Positions 8,829 to 17,475 of a stretch of 31,344 bases of DNA are shown here, piece by piece (position 1 is the stretch's first letter; each line of letters starts with the position of its first letter). The stretch is from an uncultured Flavobacteriales bacterium. GTDB taxonomy: Bacteria; Bacteroidota; Bacteroidia; Flavobacteriales; JADGDT01. Under the pieces are notes generated by a model. It searched no databases. It saw only the letters and a program-made list of their open reading frames with translations, and had not been told where the DNA came from. A program made the translations under genes and the position numbers. The DNA lies in the NCBI GenBank assembly GCA_964543445.1, contig CAZIYK010000001.1, forward strand, positions 1-31,344. The letters run 5' to 3'.

Positions 8829-11312
8829 GTGAAAAAGATATATCTAAATACAATATTTACACTTGCAATTATGTTTGTTGGGATAGGTCAGTTATATTCT
8901 CAAGAAACTATAATAACGGGTAGAATTATTGATTCTGATACAAAGGAGCCTTTAGAGTATGTGAATATAATAATCGATGGGACTCATATAGGTACAGTGT
9001 CAGACGATAAAGGATATTTTAATATAGAAACCAACAATACAGGTACAGGCTATCTAAATATCAGTTTCATAGGGTATGAGCCTTTGAAAATTAAAATTTC
9101 AGATTCTAACGATAATATTTTACTTACTCCTGATGCATCAGTATTAAACGAAGTTGTAGTTGTTGGAGACGATACTAAAGAAAATCCAGCACATTATATT
9201 CTTAAACGAATTAGGAAGAATCATAAAAAATATTCTTTAGAACAAGGAAGAACTTACAGATATAAAAAATACGATAAGGTTAGGTTTGATCTTTATGATC
9301 CTGACTCTACACTGAAACACTTAGGTCCTTTTAGACAGTTTGATCAATTACAATCACGAAAGTATAAGAAAGGAAAATACACTTACGTTCCTTTGTTGTT
9401 GATTGAAGAAATTTATCAAGTTTACGGACAAACATCGCCACCTCGAAAAAACGAAATACTAGAGGCTAGTAATACTTCTGGTTTTAAATCTAACAAGAGC
9501 GTTAGTATGTATGTAAAGGAGCTCTATTTAGATTATGATGTTTTTGACAATTCTGTTGTTTTATTCAACAAGAAATTTGTTAGTCCTCTATCAAAGAGAG
9601 CATTAATGACGTATAAATATGCCATTGTTGATAGTGCTATGTATGAAGGAAATAGGATTTATAAAATTCAATACTTTCCTAGACGAAAAAAAGAGCTAAC
9701 ATTCGAAGGAAGTTTTTGGGCAGATACTACAAAGTATATAGTCCATTCAATAGATATGAAGGCTACTAAAGGGTTTAGTGTGAATTTTGTAAACAATATT
9801 CATATATATCAGGATTTCAAGCAGGTGAAAAAAAATCTTTATACAATAGTTAAAGATAGTTTGTCAATCAATTTTAGTCCATTCAAGCAGTACGAATTAA
9901 TTGGTGCTGAAGCTGTAAAAGTTACTACGTACTATGACCAAGATGTAGATAAGATGAATCCTATTTCGCTTGGAGCATATGATGTAGATTTGGAGAAAAG
10001 GGATACACTGTATAATCTCAGTAATAATGATTGGATAAAAATAAGACCGGTAAATCTACAGTCTGCGGATTCCGATATATATGCTATGCATGAGGATTTG
10101 GCACACGATAGGAAGTTTGTTCGCTATAAGAAGCTAGGAGAGATGCTGAGTTCTGGATGGATTAATTATGGTGTTATTGATTACGGGCCTTACTATAATG
10201 TGGTTGGATATAACTCAGTGGAAGGTGTGCGTTTGCAAATGGGTGCAAGAACATATTTTAGTAGAGATGATAGGTGGCGGTTAGGAGGATATACCGCTTA
10301 TGGTTTCGGAGACAAGGACTTTAAGTATGGTTTAGGATTTTCGTATTTAATATCGAATAATCATCGTTGGATAGTTTCTCTAGGAATAAAAGATGACCTT
10401 GAACAAAGGGGAGTGTTGCTTTCGCAAGAGAATAGTGTTTATTCCAAAAATTTTGCTTCTAGCATTTTTACAGTCGGAGATAATTCGAAGCTTACAAATA
10501 CAGTGTCCTATAGGGTAGGTCTAGAAATGGAAGCTGTAAAGAATTTCAGAATAAAACTAAGTACAAAGTATGATTATATGACATCTATTGCTGGCTTTAA
10601 TATGTCGTATAAAGATCCTATTACTGGTGTTGAGCAAAATTCGCTTAAAGATTTTCAAGTACAGTTGTCATTTATTTATACTCCACGTAGAAAAGAAATT
10701 GGTTATGGTGTAGATAGAGATTTTATAACTAATTGGCATCCTACACTGAGATTGAAATACATTAGAGGAATTGCAGGTTTCTTAGACTCAAGGTTTAATT
10801 ACGATAAGGTGAAATTTTATTACCGTCAGCCTTTTTTAACGGGTTTCTTTGGTAAAACAATAATGATAACAGAGTTTGGAAAAACATTCGGTACAGTGCC
10901 ATTACAACTAATGGATATTATTCCAGGAAACCAAACAATAGGTATAGAGGAAAATATGTTTAGTTTGATGGATTATTATGAGTTTGTTTCCGACACTTAC
11001 GCTACTCTACATATAGATCACCATTTCAATGGGAGAATAATGAATAAAATTCCGTTGTTCAATAGGTTGGATTTACGTGCTACTGCAGGTTTCAGAGGTT
11101 TGTGGGGTGAAATTTCTAATCCAGAGAATATAGCAATTAATTCATCAGAAGTTGATTATTTAGCTCCATCGAATGGGTATTTTGAATATAGTGCAGGAAT
11201 AGAGAATATTTTTAAAGTTCTTAGGGTTGATGCGGTATGGAGGACTTCATATTTACAAAATCCAAATTCCAATCCATTTGGTGTTAGATTCTTATTGAAA
11301 TTTGTTTTTTAG
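8829..11312 (+). CDS. DUF5686 plus carboxypeptidase-regulatory-like domain outer-membrane protein
   Basis: GTG-AAA-AAG start and signal peptide. CarboxypepD_reg-like N-terminus (ITGRIIDSDTKEPLEYVNI...GTVSDDKGYF...ISFIGYE...L.EVVV). GYNSVEGVRLQMG and amphipathic strands, ending YFEYSAGIENIFKVLRVDAVWR...FVF with a terminal Phe. Confidence 0.85.
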   Translation: MKKIYLNTIFTLAIMFVGIGQLYSQETIITGRIIDSDTKEPLEYVNIIIDGTHIGTVSDDKGYFNIETNNTGTGYLNISFIGYEPLKIKISDSNDNILLTPDASVLNEVVVVGDDTKENPAHYILKRIRKNHKKYSLEQGRTYRYKKYDKVRFDLYDPDSTLKHLGPFRQFDQLQSRKYKKGKYTYVPLLLIEEIYQVYGQTSPPRKNEILEASNTSGFKSNKSVSMYVKELYLDYDVFDNSVVLFNKKFVSPLSKRALMTYKYAIVDSAMYEGNRIYKIQYFPRRKKELTFEGSFWADTTKYIVHSIDMKATKGFSVNFVNNIHIYQDFKQVKKNLYTIVKDSLSINFSPFKQYELIGAEAVKVTTYYDQDVDKMNPISLGAYDVDLEKRDTLYNLSNNDWIKIRPVNLQSADSDIYAMHEDLAHDRKFVRYKKLGEMLSSGWINYGVIDYGPYYNVVGYNSVEGVRLQMGARTYFSRDDRWRLGGYTAYGFGDKDFKYGLGFSYLISNNHRWIVSLGIKDDLEQRGVLLSQENSVYSKNFASSIFTVGDNSKLTNTVSYRVGLEMEAVKNFRIKLSTKYDYMTSIAGFNMSYKDPITGVEQNSLKDFQVQLSFIYTPRRKEIGYGVDRDFITNWHPTLRLKYIRGIAGFLDSRFNYDKVKFYYRQPFLTGFFGKTIMITEFGKTFGTVPLQLMDIIPGNQTIGIEENMFSLMDYYEFVSDTYATLHIDHHFNGRIMNKIPLFNRLDLRATAGFRGLWGEISNPENIAINSSEVDYLAPSNGYFEYSAGIENIFKVLRVDAVWRTSYLQNPNSNPFGVRFLLKFVF

Positions 11313-11400
11313 CGAAATTATTACGCATATAATTATCGGTTTATTTCAAATTTACTTGTAACTTTAAATTACTTAATTAATCATTTTAACACGAAAAAAT

Positions 11401-11904
11401 ATGGCACGTACAGCGACAGATATTTTAAAAGAAGCAATATTATTAGAGCGTAGAGGAAAAGAATTTTATTCAGCAGTAGCTGAGAAATCAGATAGTAAGT
11501 CTGCTCGTAAAATATTCGAAATGATGGCAGAAGAGGAAGATCAGCACATTAAGTTTTTGTCAGATCAATTTGCTCATTATTCTCGTACAAACGAATTTTT
11601 ATCAGTAAAAGATTTAGAAGGAGATACTGACGATGAGGTTGCAATGAAGGTGCTTTCAGAGGATTTTAAGAAAGAAGTTGGGGCAGCAAGTTTTGAGGCG
11701 GCTGCAATTTCAGCAGCAATTGATTTTGAGACAAGAGCAGTGAAATTGTATTCTGATAGAGCTGAAGAAGCTACTGATAAGAATGAAAAAGAACTGTACA
11801 CAATGTTAGCTAAATGGGAAATGGGGCATCAGAAATCGCTTCATGAACTAAGTGAAAGCTTGAAAGAAGATATTTGGAACGATAACGACTTTTGGCCGTT
11901 TTAA
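11401..11904 (+). CDS. Ferritin-like / rubrerythrin-family diiron protein without a rubredoxin domain
   Basis: Duplicated four-helix motifs AILLE...FY...EEEDQH and AIDFE...LY...WEMGH. No CxxC motifs. Confidence 0.85.
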   Translation: MARTATDILKEAILLERRGKEFYSAVAEKSDSKSARKIFEMMAEEEDQHIKFLSDQFAHYSRTNEFLSVKDLEGDTDDEVAMKVLSEDFKKEVGAASFEAAAISAAIDFETRAVKLYSDRAEEATDKNEKELYTMLAKWEMGHQKSLHELSESLKEDIWNDNDFWPF

Positions 11905-11973
11905 TTAACTAGAAAAATTTTTAGTCCCAAAATAGAAACGATAGATGATATTTCTATTTTATTGATGATTTTC

Positions 11974-12003
11974 AAAAGGCTAAGTGTTGCAACTTAGCCT
12001 TTT
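11974..12003 (+). terminator. Intrinsic terminator after the ferritin-like gene
   Basis: AAAAGGCTAAGT-GTTGCA-ACTTAGCCTTTT. Confidence 0.8.
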
Positions 12004-12037
12004 ATATATTTTGTTTTAAAGTACAATTATCTTTAAT

Positions 12038-12045
12038 TAAATTTG
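12038..12045 (+). promoter_or_regulatory. -7 promoter element for queD-lpxH
   Basis: TAAATTTG followed by C, 12 nt before the queD ATG and just after the upstream terminator. Confidence 0.75.
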
Positions 12046-12057
12046 CCCGTATAAATT

Positions 12058-12513
12058 ATGAGAAAAATTAGATTAACAAAAGAGTTTGGCTTTGAGTTAG
12101 CTCATGCTCTATACGGTCACGATGGCTTGTGTAAGAACATTCATGGTCATTCATATAAATTATTTGTAACCGTAATAGGCGAGCCTATTGCAGATATGAA
12201 TAGTCCTAAATATGGAATGGTTATGGATTTTTCTGACTTGAAAAAGATAGTTAAGGAAGAAATAGTAGATAGGCTAGATCATTCTTTAATGATTAATAAC
12301 AAAACATCTCAGGCAAAAATAAAGGAAGCTTTATCAGGTATAGTTTCTTTGCGAATTGTAGATGTGGATTATCAGACAACATGCGAAAATATGGTTGTTG
12401 ATTTTGCTGAGAGGATTAAGAATAGACTTCCGGAAGGAGTTAATCTTCATTCTATAAAACTACACGAAACAGCAACATCTTATGCTGAGTGGTATGCGTC
12501 TGACAACGAGTAA
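12058..12513 (+). CDS. queD: 6-carboxytetrahydropterin synthase (6-pyruvoyl-tetrahydropterin synthase family)
   Basis: FELAHAL...CKNIHGHSYKLFVTV, MVMDFSDLK, LDH, TTCEN and ETATSYAEW. Confidence 0.93.
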   Translation: MRKIRLTKEFGFELAHALYGHDGLCKNIHGHSYKLFVTVIGEPIADMNSPKYGMVMDFSDLKKIVKEEIVDRLDHSLMINNKTSQAKIKEALSGIVSLRIVDVDYQTTCENMVVDFAERIKNRLPEGVNLHSIKLHETATSYAEWYASDNE

Positions 12514-12531
12514 ATCCAATTAATCTGAAAT

Positions 12532-13287
12532 ATGGAAAACAAAAAAATCTACTTCGCTTCCGATCAACATTTTGGAGTGCCAACTCTAGAAAAGAGTCAC
12601 GAGAGAGAAAAGTTATTTGTAAAATGGCTTGAAATGGCAGAGAAAGATGCGGAACATATTTTTTTGTTAGGAGATTTGTTTGATTTTTGGTTTGAGTATA
12701 AAACCGTTGTTCCGCGAGGATATACTCGTGTTCTAGGCAAGTTAGCTGAAATTACTGATAAAGGTATTCCTGTTACTTTTTTTGTTGGCAATCACGATTT
12801 GTGGATGTTCGATTATTTTCAAACAGAACTAGGAATTACTGTTTATCACGAGCCACAGATTTTCGACTTTTTTGGGAAGAAATTTTTTATAGGGCATGGT
12901 GATGGTTTAGGTCCCGATGATAAAGGCTATAAGAGAATGAAAAAAGTTTTCGTTCATCCTTTTTCAAAATGGCTTTATTCTATATTGCATCCTAATTTGG
13001 CTTTGGGCATAGCTAATTATTTTTCAAAAAGAAGCAGGCTAGCTAATGGCGATTCTGATCAAATATTTTATGGAGAGGATAAAGAATGGCTTGTGCTATA
13101 TGCTGAGAGAAAACTAAAATCAAATCCTGAAATAGATTATTTCCTTTTCGGACATAGACATCTAGCAATGGAAATAAAACTATCTACTGGAGCTAAGTAT
13201 ATTAATACTGGCGAATGGGTAAACGGTAGTAGTTATGCTGTTTTCGAAAATGGAGATTTATTCCTTAAAGAATTCAAGAAAAAGTAG
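12532..13287 (+). CDS. lpxH: UDP-2,3-diacylglucosamine diphosphatase (LpxH-type metallophosphoesterase)
   Basis: Calcineurin-like motifs SDQHFG, LGDLFDFW, GNHD, GHGDG and FGHRH. The queD-lpxH pairing is typical of Bacteroidota. Confidence 0.9.
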   Translation: MENKKIYFASDQHFGVPTLEKSHEREKLFVKWLEMAEKDAEHIFLLGDLFDFWFEYKTVVPRGYTRVLGKLAEITDKGIPVTFFVGNHDLWMFDYFQTELGITVYHEPQIFDFFGKKFFIGHGDGLGPDDKGYKRMKKVFVHPFSKWLYSILHPNLALGIANYFSKRSRLANGDSDQIFYGEDKEWLVLYAERKLKSNPEIDYFLFGHRHLAMEIKLSTGAKYINTGEWVNGSSYAVFENGDLFLKEFKKK

Positions 13288-13295
13288 TACGACGA

Positions 13296-14504
13296 TTATT
13301 GACTTAATAAATTTTTATTCAATCTCAGTACCGATAATCTAGATGCAGCATATCCAATTGAGAATATTGTAAGAGTTACAATCAGTATATTTGAGATATT
13401 TAATTCCACTGGATAAGCAATACCTCCTCCAAAAGTTAAGAAGTTAAAGTAGTATTGTGACAATACCAAAGTTGAGCCTAAAACAATACCGCTAACAGCT
13501 CCTATAGTGGTTATTAATAGTCCAACCTTCACAAATGTTTTTCGCAAAAGTACTTCCGAAGCTCCCATACTCCAAAGAGTGTGTAGATTCTTCTTTTTAT
13601 CAACAATAAGCATACTCACAGAGCCAATAACATTGAAAACAGCAATTATCAGAATCAATGTGAATATAAGGTAAGTAACAATTTTCTCAGTATTCATCAT
13701 TTTGTAAACAAGAGCATGTTGTTCTTGTTGAGTTTTTACTTCGAAATCATCTCCCAATAGTTGTTTTAATTTATTCGCAAAAGATTTGTCGTCTATGTTA
13801 GGTAATAGTTTTATTTCTATGGCAGATATCTGATTTTTCTTATAGTTAAGGAGATTTCGAGCAAAGGGAAGCGACGAAATTATATATTTTTCATCTATCT
13901 CTTTTTCTATAGCAAAAGCTCCAACAGGGAATGCATCTTTTCTTTTGAAACTACCCATAGGGTCGGTTATTTGACCCTTACCGGGCTTAACAACGTATAT
14001 CTCTAGAGGTTTATAGTTGTCGCTAAGACCTAGAGATAAGTAATGCGATATTCCTCCTCCAATAATTACCTCATTGTTGTCTGAATTGTCTGAAAGCCAT
14101 CTCCCAGCATAGATAGATGAATTAACTGCATTTACATTGGAAAAGTTAGAATCAACCCCTTTAATTTTAGATATGTATTCTTTGTCTCTATATCTTAAAA
14201 AAACTTTTTCCTCTAATGTTTTGGTGTAAGCATCTATTCCGTTGGTGTTTTTTAGAATGCTATCTATATCATTGGTATAAAAAAAAGATTTTCCCTCTAC
14301 TGATGTTATTTTTATATCAGGATCGAAAGTAGATAGCATTGAAGTAGAAAATTTTTCTAAACCTGCAAATGCAGATAAAACGACTAATAAAGCCATTGTA
14401 CCTACGGTTACCCCCAAAATAGAAACAGCCGTAATAATGTTTACGGCGTTGCTACTACTTTTAGAAAATAAGTATCTTTTTGCAATGTATAAAGGGAAAT
14501 CCAT
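13296..14504 (-). CDS. ABC transporter permease, LolC/LolE (FtsX-like) family, probable lipoprotein-release system
   Basis: IAKRYLFSK...AVNII...GTMALLVVLSAFAG TM1, a large periplasmic domain, then FNVIGSVSMLIVDKKK...LWSMGA and three TMs. Confidence 0.88.
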   Translation of the reverse strand: MDFPLYIAKRYLFSKSSSNAVNIITAVSILGVTVGTMALLVVLSAFAGLEKFSTSMLSTFDPDIKITSVEGKSFFYTNDIDSILKNTNGIDAYTKTLEEKVFLRYRDKEYISKIKGVDSNFSNVNAVNSSIYAGRWLSDNSDNNEVIIGGGISHYLSLGLSDNYKPLEIYVVKPGKGQITDPMGSFKRKDAFPVGAFAIEKEIDEKYIISSLPFARNLLNYKKNQISAIEIKLLPNIDDKSFANKLKQLLGDDFEVKTQQEQHALVYKMMNTEKIVTYLIFTLILIIAVFNVIGSVSMLIVDKKKNLHTLWSMGASEVLLRKTFVKVGLLITTIGAVSGIVLGSTLVLSQYYFNFLTFGGGIAYPVELNISNILIVTLTIFSIGYAASRLSVLRLNKNLLSQ

Positions 14505-14528
14505 TTATGGATATAGTTTTTTATGGGA

Positions 14529-14903
14529 TTATTTTATTGAATCCTTAATCGGATCTTCTCCTTTTCCTTTTAATGCTTTTTCAATATCATCAACATAATC
14601 AAGAGAGTCGTCATATACATATTGTATATTTGGTACTCTTCGCATTTGATGTCTTATTCTTTGACCAAGAAGATTTTTGATTCTAGGTGCTTCTGTTTCT
14701 ACAAAATCCATAAATGCTTTTTTGTCATCCATAGGAAATGCACTTATGTAAACTCTACAATCCATTAAGTCGCTTGTGATCTTAACTCTTGTAATAGAAA
14801 TAATTTTTCCTTTAAAAGCTTCTCTAGCTTCTGCTTGAAATATTTCAGCTAAATCTTGCTGAATTTGTTTTTGTATACGTCTTTGTCTTGTTGTTTCTCC
14901 CAT
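14529..14903 (-). CDS. rbfA: 30S ribosome-binding factor RbfA (start corrected to the ATG at 14903)
   Basis: RQRRIQKQIQQDLAEIF, ISITRVKITSDL, IRHQMRRVPNIQYVYDDSLDY. The ORF-track extension to 14921 runs through the promoter. Confidence 0.95.
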   Translation of the reverse strand: MGETTRQRRIQKQIQQDLAEIFQAEAREAFKGKIISITRVKITSDLMDCRVYISAFPMDDKKAFMDFVETEAPRIKNLLGQRIRHQMRRVPNIQYVYDDSLDYVDDIEKALKGKGEDPIKDSIK

Positions 14904-14907
14904 GTCG

Positions 14908-14915
14908 CAAAGATA
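14908..14915 (-). promoter_or_regulatory. -7 promoter element for rbfA-lolC/E
   Basis: The minus strand reads TATCTTTG-CGAC-ATG. Confidence 0.8.
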
Positions 14916-15047
14916 ATACAAATAAAACTAATATTTTTAATGCGAATTAATATTAAAGCTAAGCTGTTTTGTCTGAAATAGTTGTTGAGTATAAGTTTGT
15001 TATACTATGAAGATTGTAATTAATTTGTTATTTTAGCAGTTCATAAA

Positions 15048-15704
15048 ATGACAACGAATATGAATAAAATTATTTTAATATTATTTTCATTATTTACAAC
15101 TGTTTCATTTGCACAGAATTCGGTAGATTCAAAAGAATGGTACCCTAAGGAGAATAGCGATAATAAAGTAGAGTATAATGCCAATGTTAGATATAATGTA
15201 AACGTTGGAACAAGTTTTTCTTCTTTTGGTAGAAATATGAATGGATACAATTACTATGTTGCTCCATCGGCAACATTGCCTGTTGGAAAGAAAACGCATC
15301 TTACTGTTGGATTTGTGATGAGTCAGTCTAGTTATTCAGGTTTAATGATGACTAATGAAGGTGTAAAAAGTAAAATGATTCCTAATACTCAAGCTATTAT
15401 TTACGCATCAGGATCTCATCAGATAAATCCTAATATCACGGTGTTTGCATCGGGATATTATGATATGAATCAACGTAACGTACCTTATGGGCAGAGATCG
15501 CCTTATAAGATGTATGGATCTGAAGGATTTAGTGTAGGTGCAGAGTTTAAGATTGGCGAGAAGACAAGGGTAGGAATTCAAATTCAATATGATAAAGGAA
15601 ATATTCCAACATATCCCTACGGAATTTATGGTATGAGAAATGGAGGATTTGGTATGGGTAATAATATGATAGGAATGGGACGTCCTTATTATGGAATGTA
15701 CTAA
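15048..15704 (+). CDS. Hypothetical exported protein, probable small beta-barrel with a Gly/Tyr/Met-rich C-terminal tail (start 15048 or 15060)
   Basis: Signal peptide ending VSFA-Q, several alternating-hydrophobic strands, and a low-complexity tail. Confidence 0.7.
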   Translation: MTTNMNKIILILFSLFTTVSFAQNSVDSKEWYPKENSDNKVEYNANVRYNVNVGTSFSSFGRNMNGYNYYVAPSATLPVGKKTHLTVGFVMSQSSYSGLMMTNEGVKSKMIPNTQAIIYASGSHQINPNITVFASGYYDMNQRNVPYGQRSPYKMYGSEGFSVGAEFKIGEKTRVGIQIQYDKGNIPTYPYGIYGMRNGGFGMGNNMIGMGRPYYGMY

Positions 15705-15727
15705 TCAAAATATTAAATGTGATAAAC

Positions 15728-15763
15728 AAAAAAAAGTGGAAGGTTTTGCCTTCCACTTTTTTT
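15728..15763. terminator. Bidirectional intrinsic terminator
   Basis: A8-GTGGAAGG-TTTTG-CCTTCCAC-T7, between convergent genes. Confidence 0.92.
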
Positions 15764-15785
15764 GTTATGATATAATAGTTTGAAA

Positions 15786-16376
15786 CTATTCTTTAAATAC
15801 TTTTTTCTGGAATATAAATAATGTTAATACGCCAATTGTTATTGCTGAATCTGCTACGTTAAAAATTGGTTGGAAAAATATAAAATATTGTCCTCCCCAA
15901 ACAGGAATCCAATTAGGTAGAAAACCTTTCCATAGCGGAAAATAAAGCATATCAACAACTTTACCAAAAAGCATAGGAGCGTATCCGTTTCCTATTGACT
16001 GAAGAGTAGCAACTTGTCCTAAACTATCATTGAAAAATACTCCATAGAAAAGAGAATCTAAAATGTTTCCTAATGCTCCTGCAAAGATTAATGCTATTGA
16101 GAAAATAAGTACTTTCGATAGGTTTTGTTTAACAGAAGTATAAAGCCAATAAAATATACCTGAAACAGCCAAAATACGAAATACAGATAAGAATAATTTT
16201 CCATAAACTCCACCTAGTTCCGTGCCAAATGCCATACCGTTATTTTCGGTAAAGTGGATAATAAACCAGTCTGTTACTTTAACCTCCTCACCTAACATGA
16301 AGTGAGTTTTTATGTATATTTTAGATATTTGATCTATTAGTAAGACTAATATTATCAGTATGATTGGCTTCTTCAA
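15786..16376 (-). CDS. lspA: Lipoprotein signal peptidase (signal peptidase II), TTG start
   Basis: DQISK, FTENNGMAFG, GALGNILD, GKVVDM and IFNVADSAITIG. Confidence 0.95.
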   Translation of the reverse strand: MKKPIILIILVLLIDQISKIYIKTHFMLGEEVKVTDWFIIHFTENNGMAFGTELGGVYGKLFLSVFRILAVSGIFYWLYTSVKQNLSKVLIFSIALIFAGALGNILDSLFYGVFFNDSLGQVATLQSIGNGYAPMLFGKVVDMLYFPLWKGFLPNWIPVWGGQYFIFFQPIFNVADSAITIGVLTLFIFQKKVFKE

Positions 16377-16399
16377 TTTTTGAAATTTAAAATTTTGTG

Positions 16400-16407
16400 C
16401 AAAAGTA
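16400..16407 (-). promoter_or_regulatory. -7 promoter element for lspA
   Basis: The minus strand reads TACTTTTG-CAC, 23 nt before the TTG start. Confidence 0.75.
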
Positions 16408-16469
16408 TATCTCTAAAATTAAAATTGAGATTATTTAATTGTTTTTTTTAGATAATTATTCAAGTGTAT

Positions 16470-17249
16470 TTATATAAGAAATCCTATTCTAATTCCTGCT
16501 GTAAAACTTATAGGGAATGAGTCTGTACCTGTTATAAAGCCGTAATGTCCGCTGTATTCTCCGTGATTGTCAGAGTATCCATATCCAGCACCCAAGTACC
16601 AATCAATAAGGAAAGTATTGGTGAAAATAGATTCTTTACCCCATTTTATCATAAATGCAAAGCTCTCTATTTCTGATCTATCCGTATCTATATAATGCTT
16701 TCTATAAACTAATTCGGGCATGATATATCTGCCATTAAGTACGTGGCTATATTTTAGTTTGCTAACATTGTAGTCGGGAGTTCTCATAAATTTATATCCA
16801 AGTTTTACAAAAGCTCCAGAAGGATCTTCGTTTGCTAAGTCTTTACCCCAGCCAATAATACCTACTGCTAGTTCAATGCTTTGTCCTGGTTTGATACTTC
16901 TTTCGTAAGCAAACTCGGTATAGCCGTACAAAGGAGATAAGAAATCTACTTTGAAAGCATTTTTACTGTCGGTGCCATAGTTGTCTTTATCTTCAAAATT
17001 GTTTTTAGCAATTTCCATTTCTTTGCCGTTAGCAAAAATTATCTTTTTTACTTTATAAAGGTCTATTTCAATATTGACATCTGGTCTCTCCTCTAAATGA
17101 TATCTTATATAGTCCTGACCGACTGTTTGAATCTTACATTCAATCACATCTCCCGTTTTCTTAATTATTTTATCGGTATTGATGTCTTGAGAAAATGCTA
17201 AAGTAAACGATGTTATTACAAGTATTACAGTAAGTAAATGTTTTTTCAT
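16470..17249 (-). CDS. Hypothetical outer-membrane protein: small N-terminal beta domain plus DUF3575-like barrel
   Basis: Signal peptide ending AFS-Q, then DKIIKKTGDVIECKI, then barrel-type strands (NAFKVDFLSPLYGYTEFAYER; IDWYLGAGYG; ISFTAGIRIGFLI). Confidence 0.7.
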   Translation of the reverse strand: MKKHLLTVILVITSFTLAFSQDINTDKIIKKTGDVIECKIQTVGQDYIRYHLEERPDVNIEIDLYKVKKIIFANGKEMEIAKNNFEDKDNYGTDSKNAFKVDFLSPLYGYTEFAYERSIKPGQSIELAVGIIGWGKDLANEDPSGAFVKLGYKFMRTPDYNVSKLKYSHVLNGRYIMPELVYRKHYIDTDRSEIESFAFMIKWGKESIFTNTFLIDWYLGAGYGYSDNHGEYSGHYGFITGTDSFPISFTAGIRIGFLI

Positions 17250-17475
17250 TGTTCTATTTTTTATAAATCAATAGATTAAATATCTATATGAAATATGTTT
17301 GACTATTATTATGGCTTGTCGTAAAAGTACTAAAAAAATAATATCATAGATTTACATATTGGATGTTGCAATTTTGTTTTTACCTATATTGCAACCTAAT
17401 TACAATGACAGAGTAAAGGATAATTAATTTTTATTTCCATATACTGTCTATTTTAATATGAAAATTAAGGTGTAA

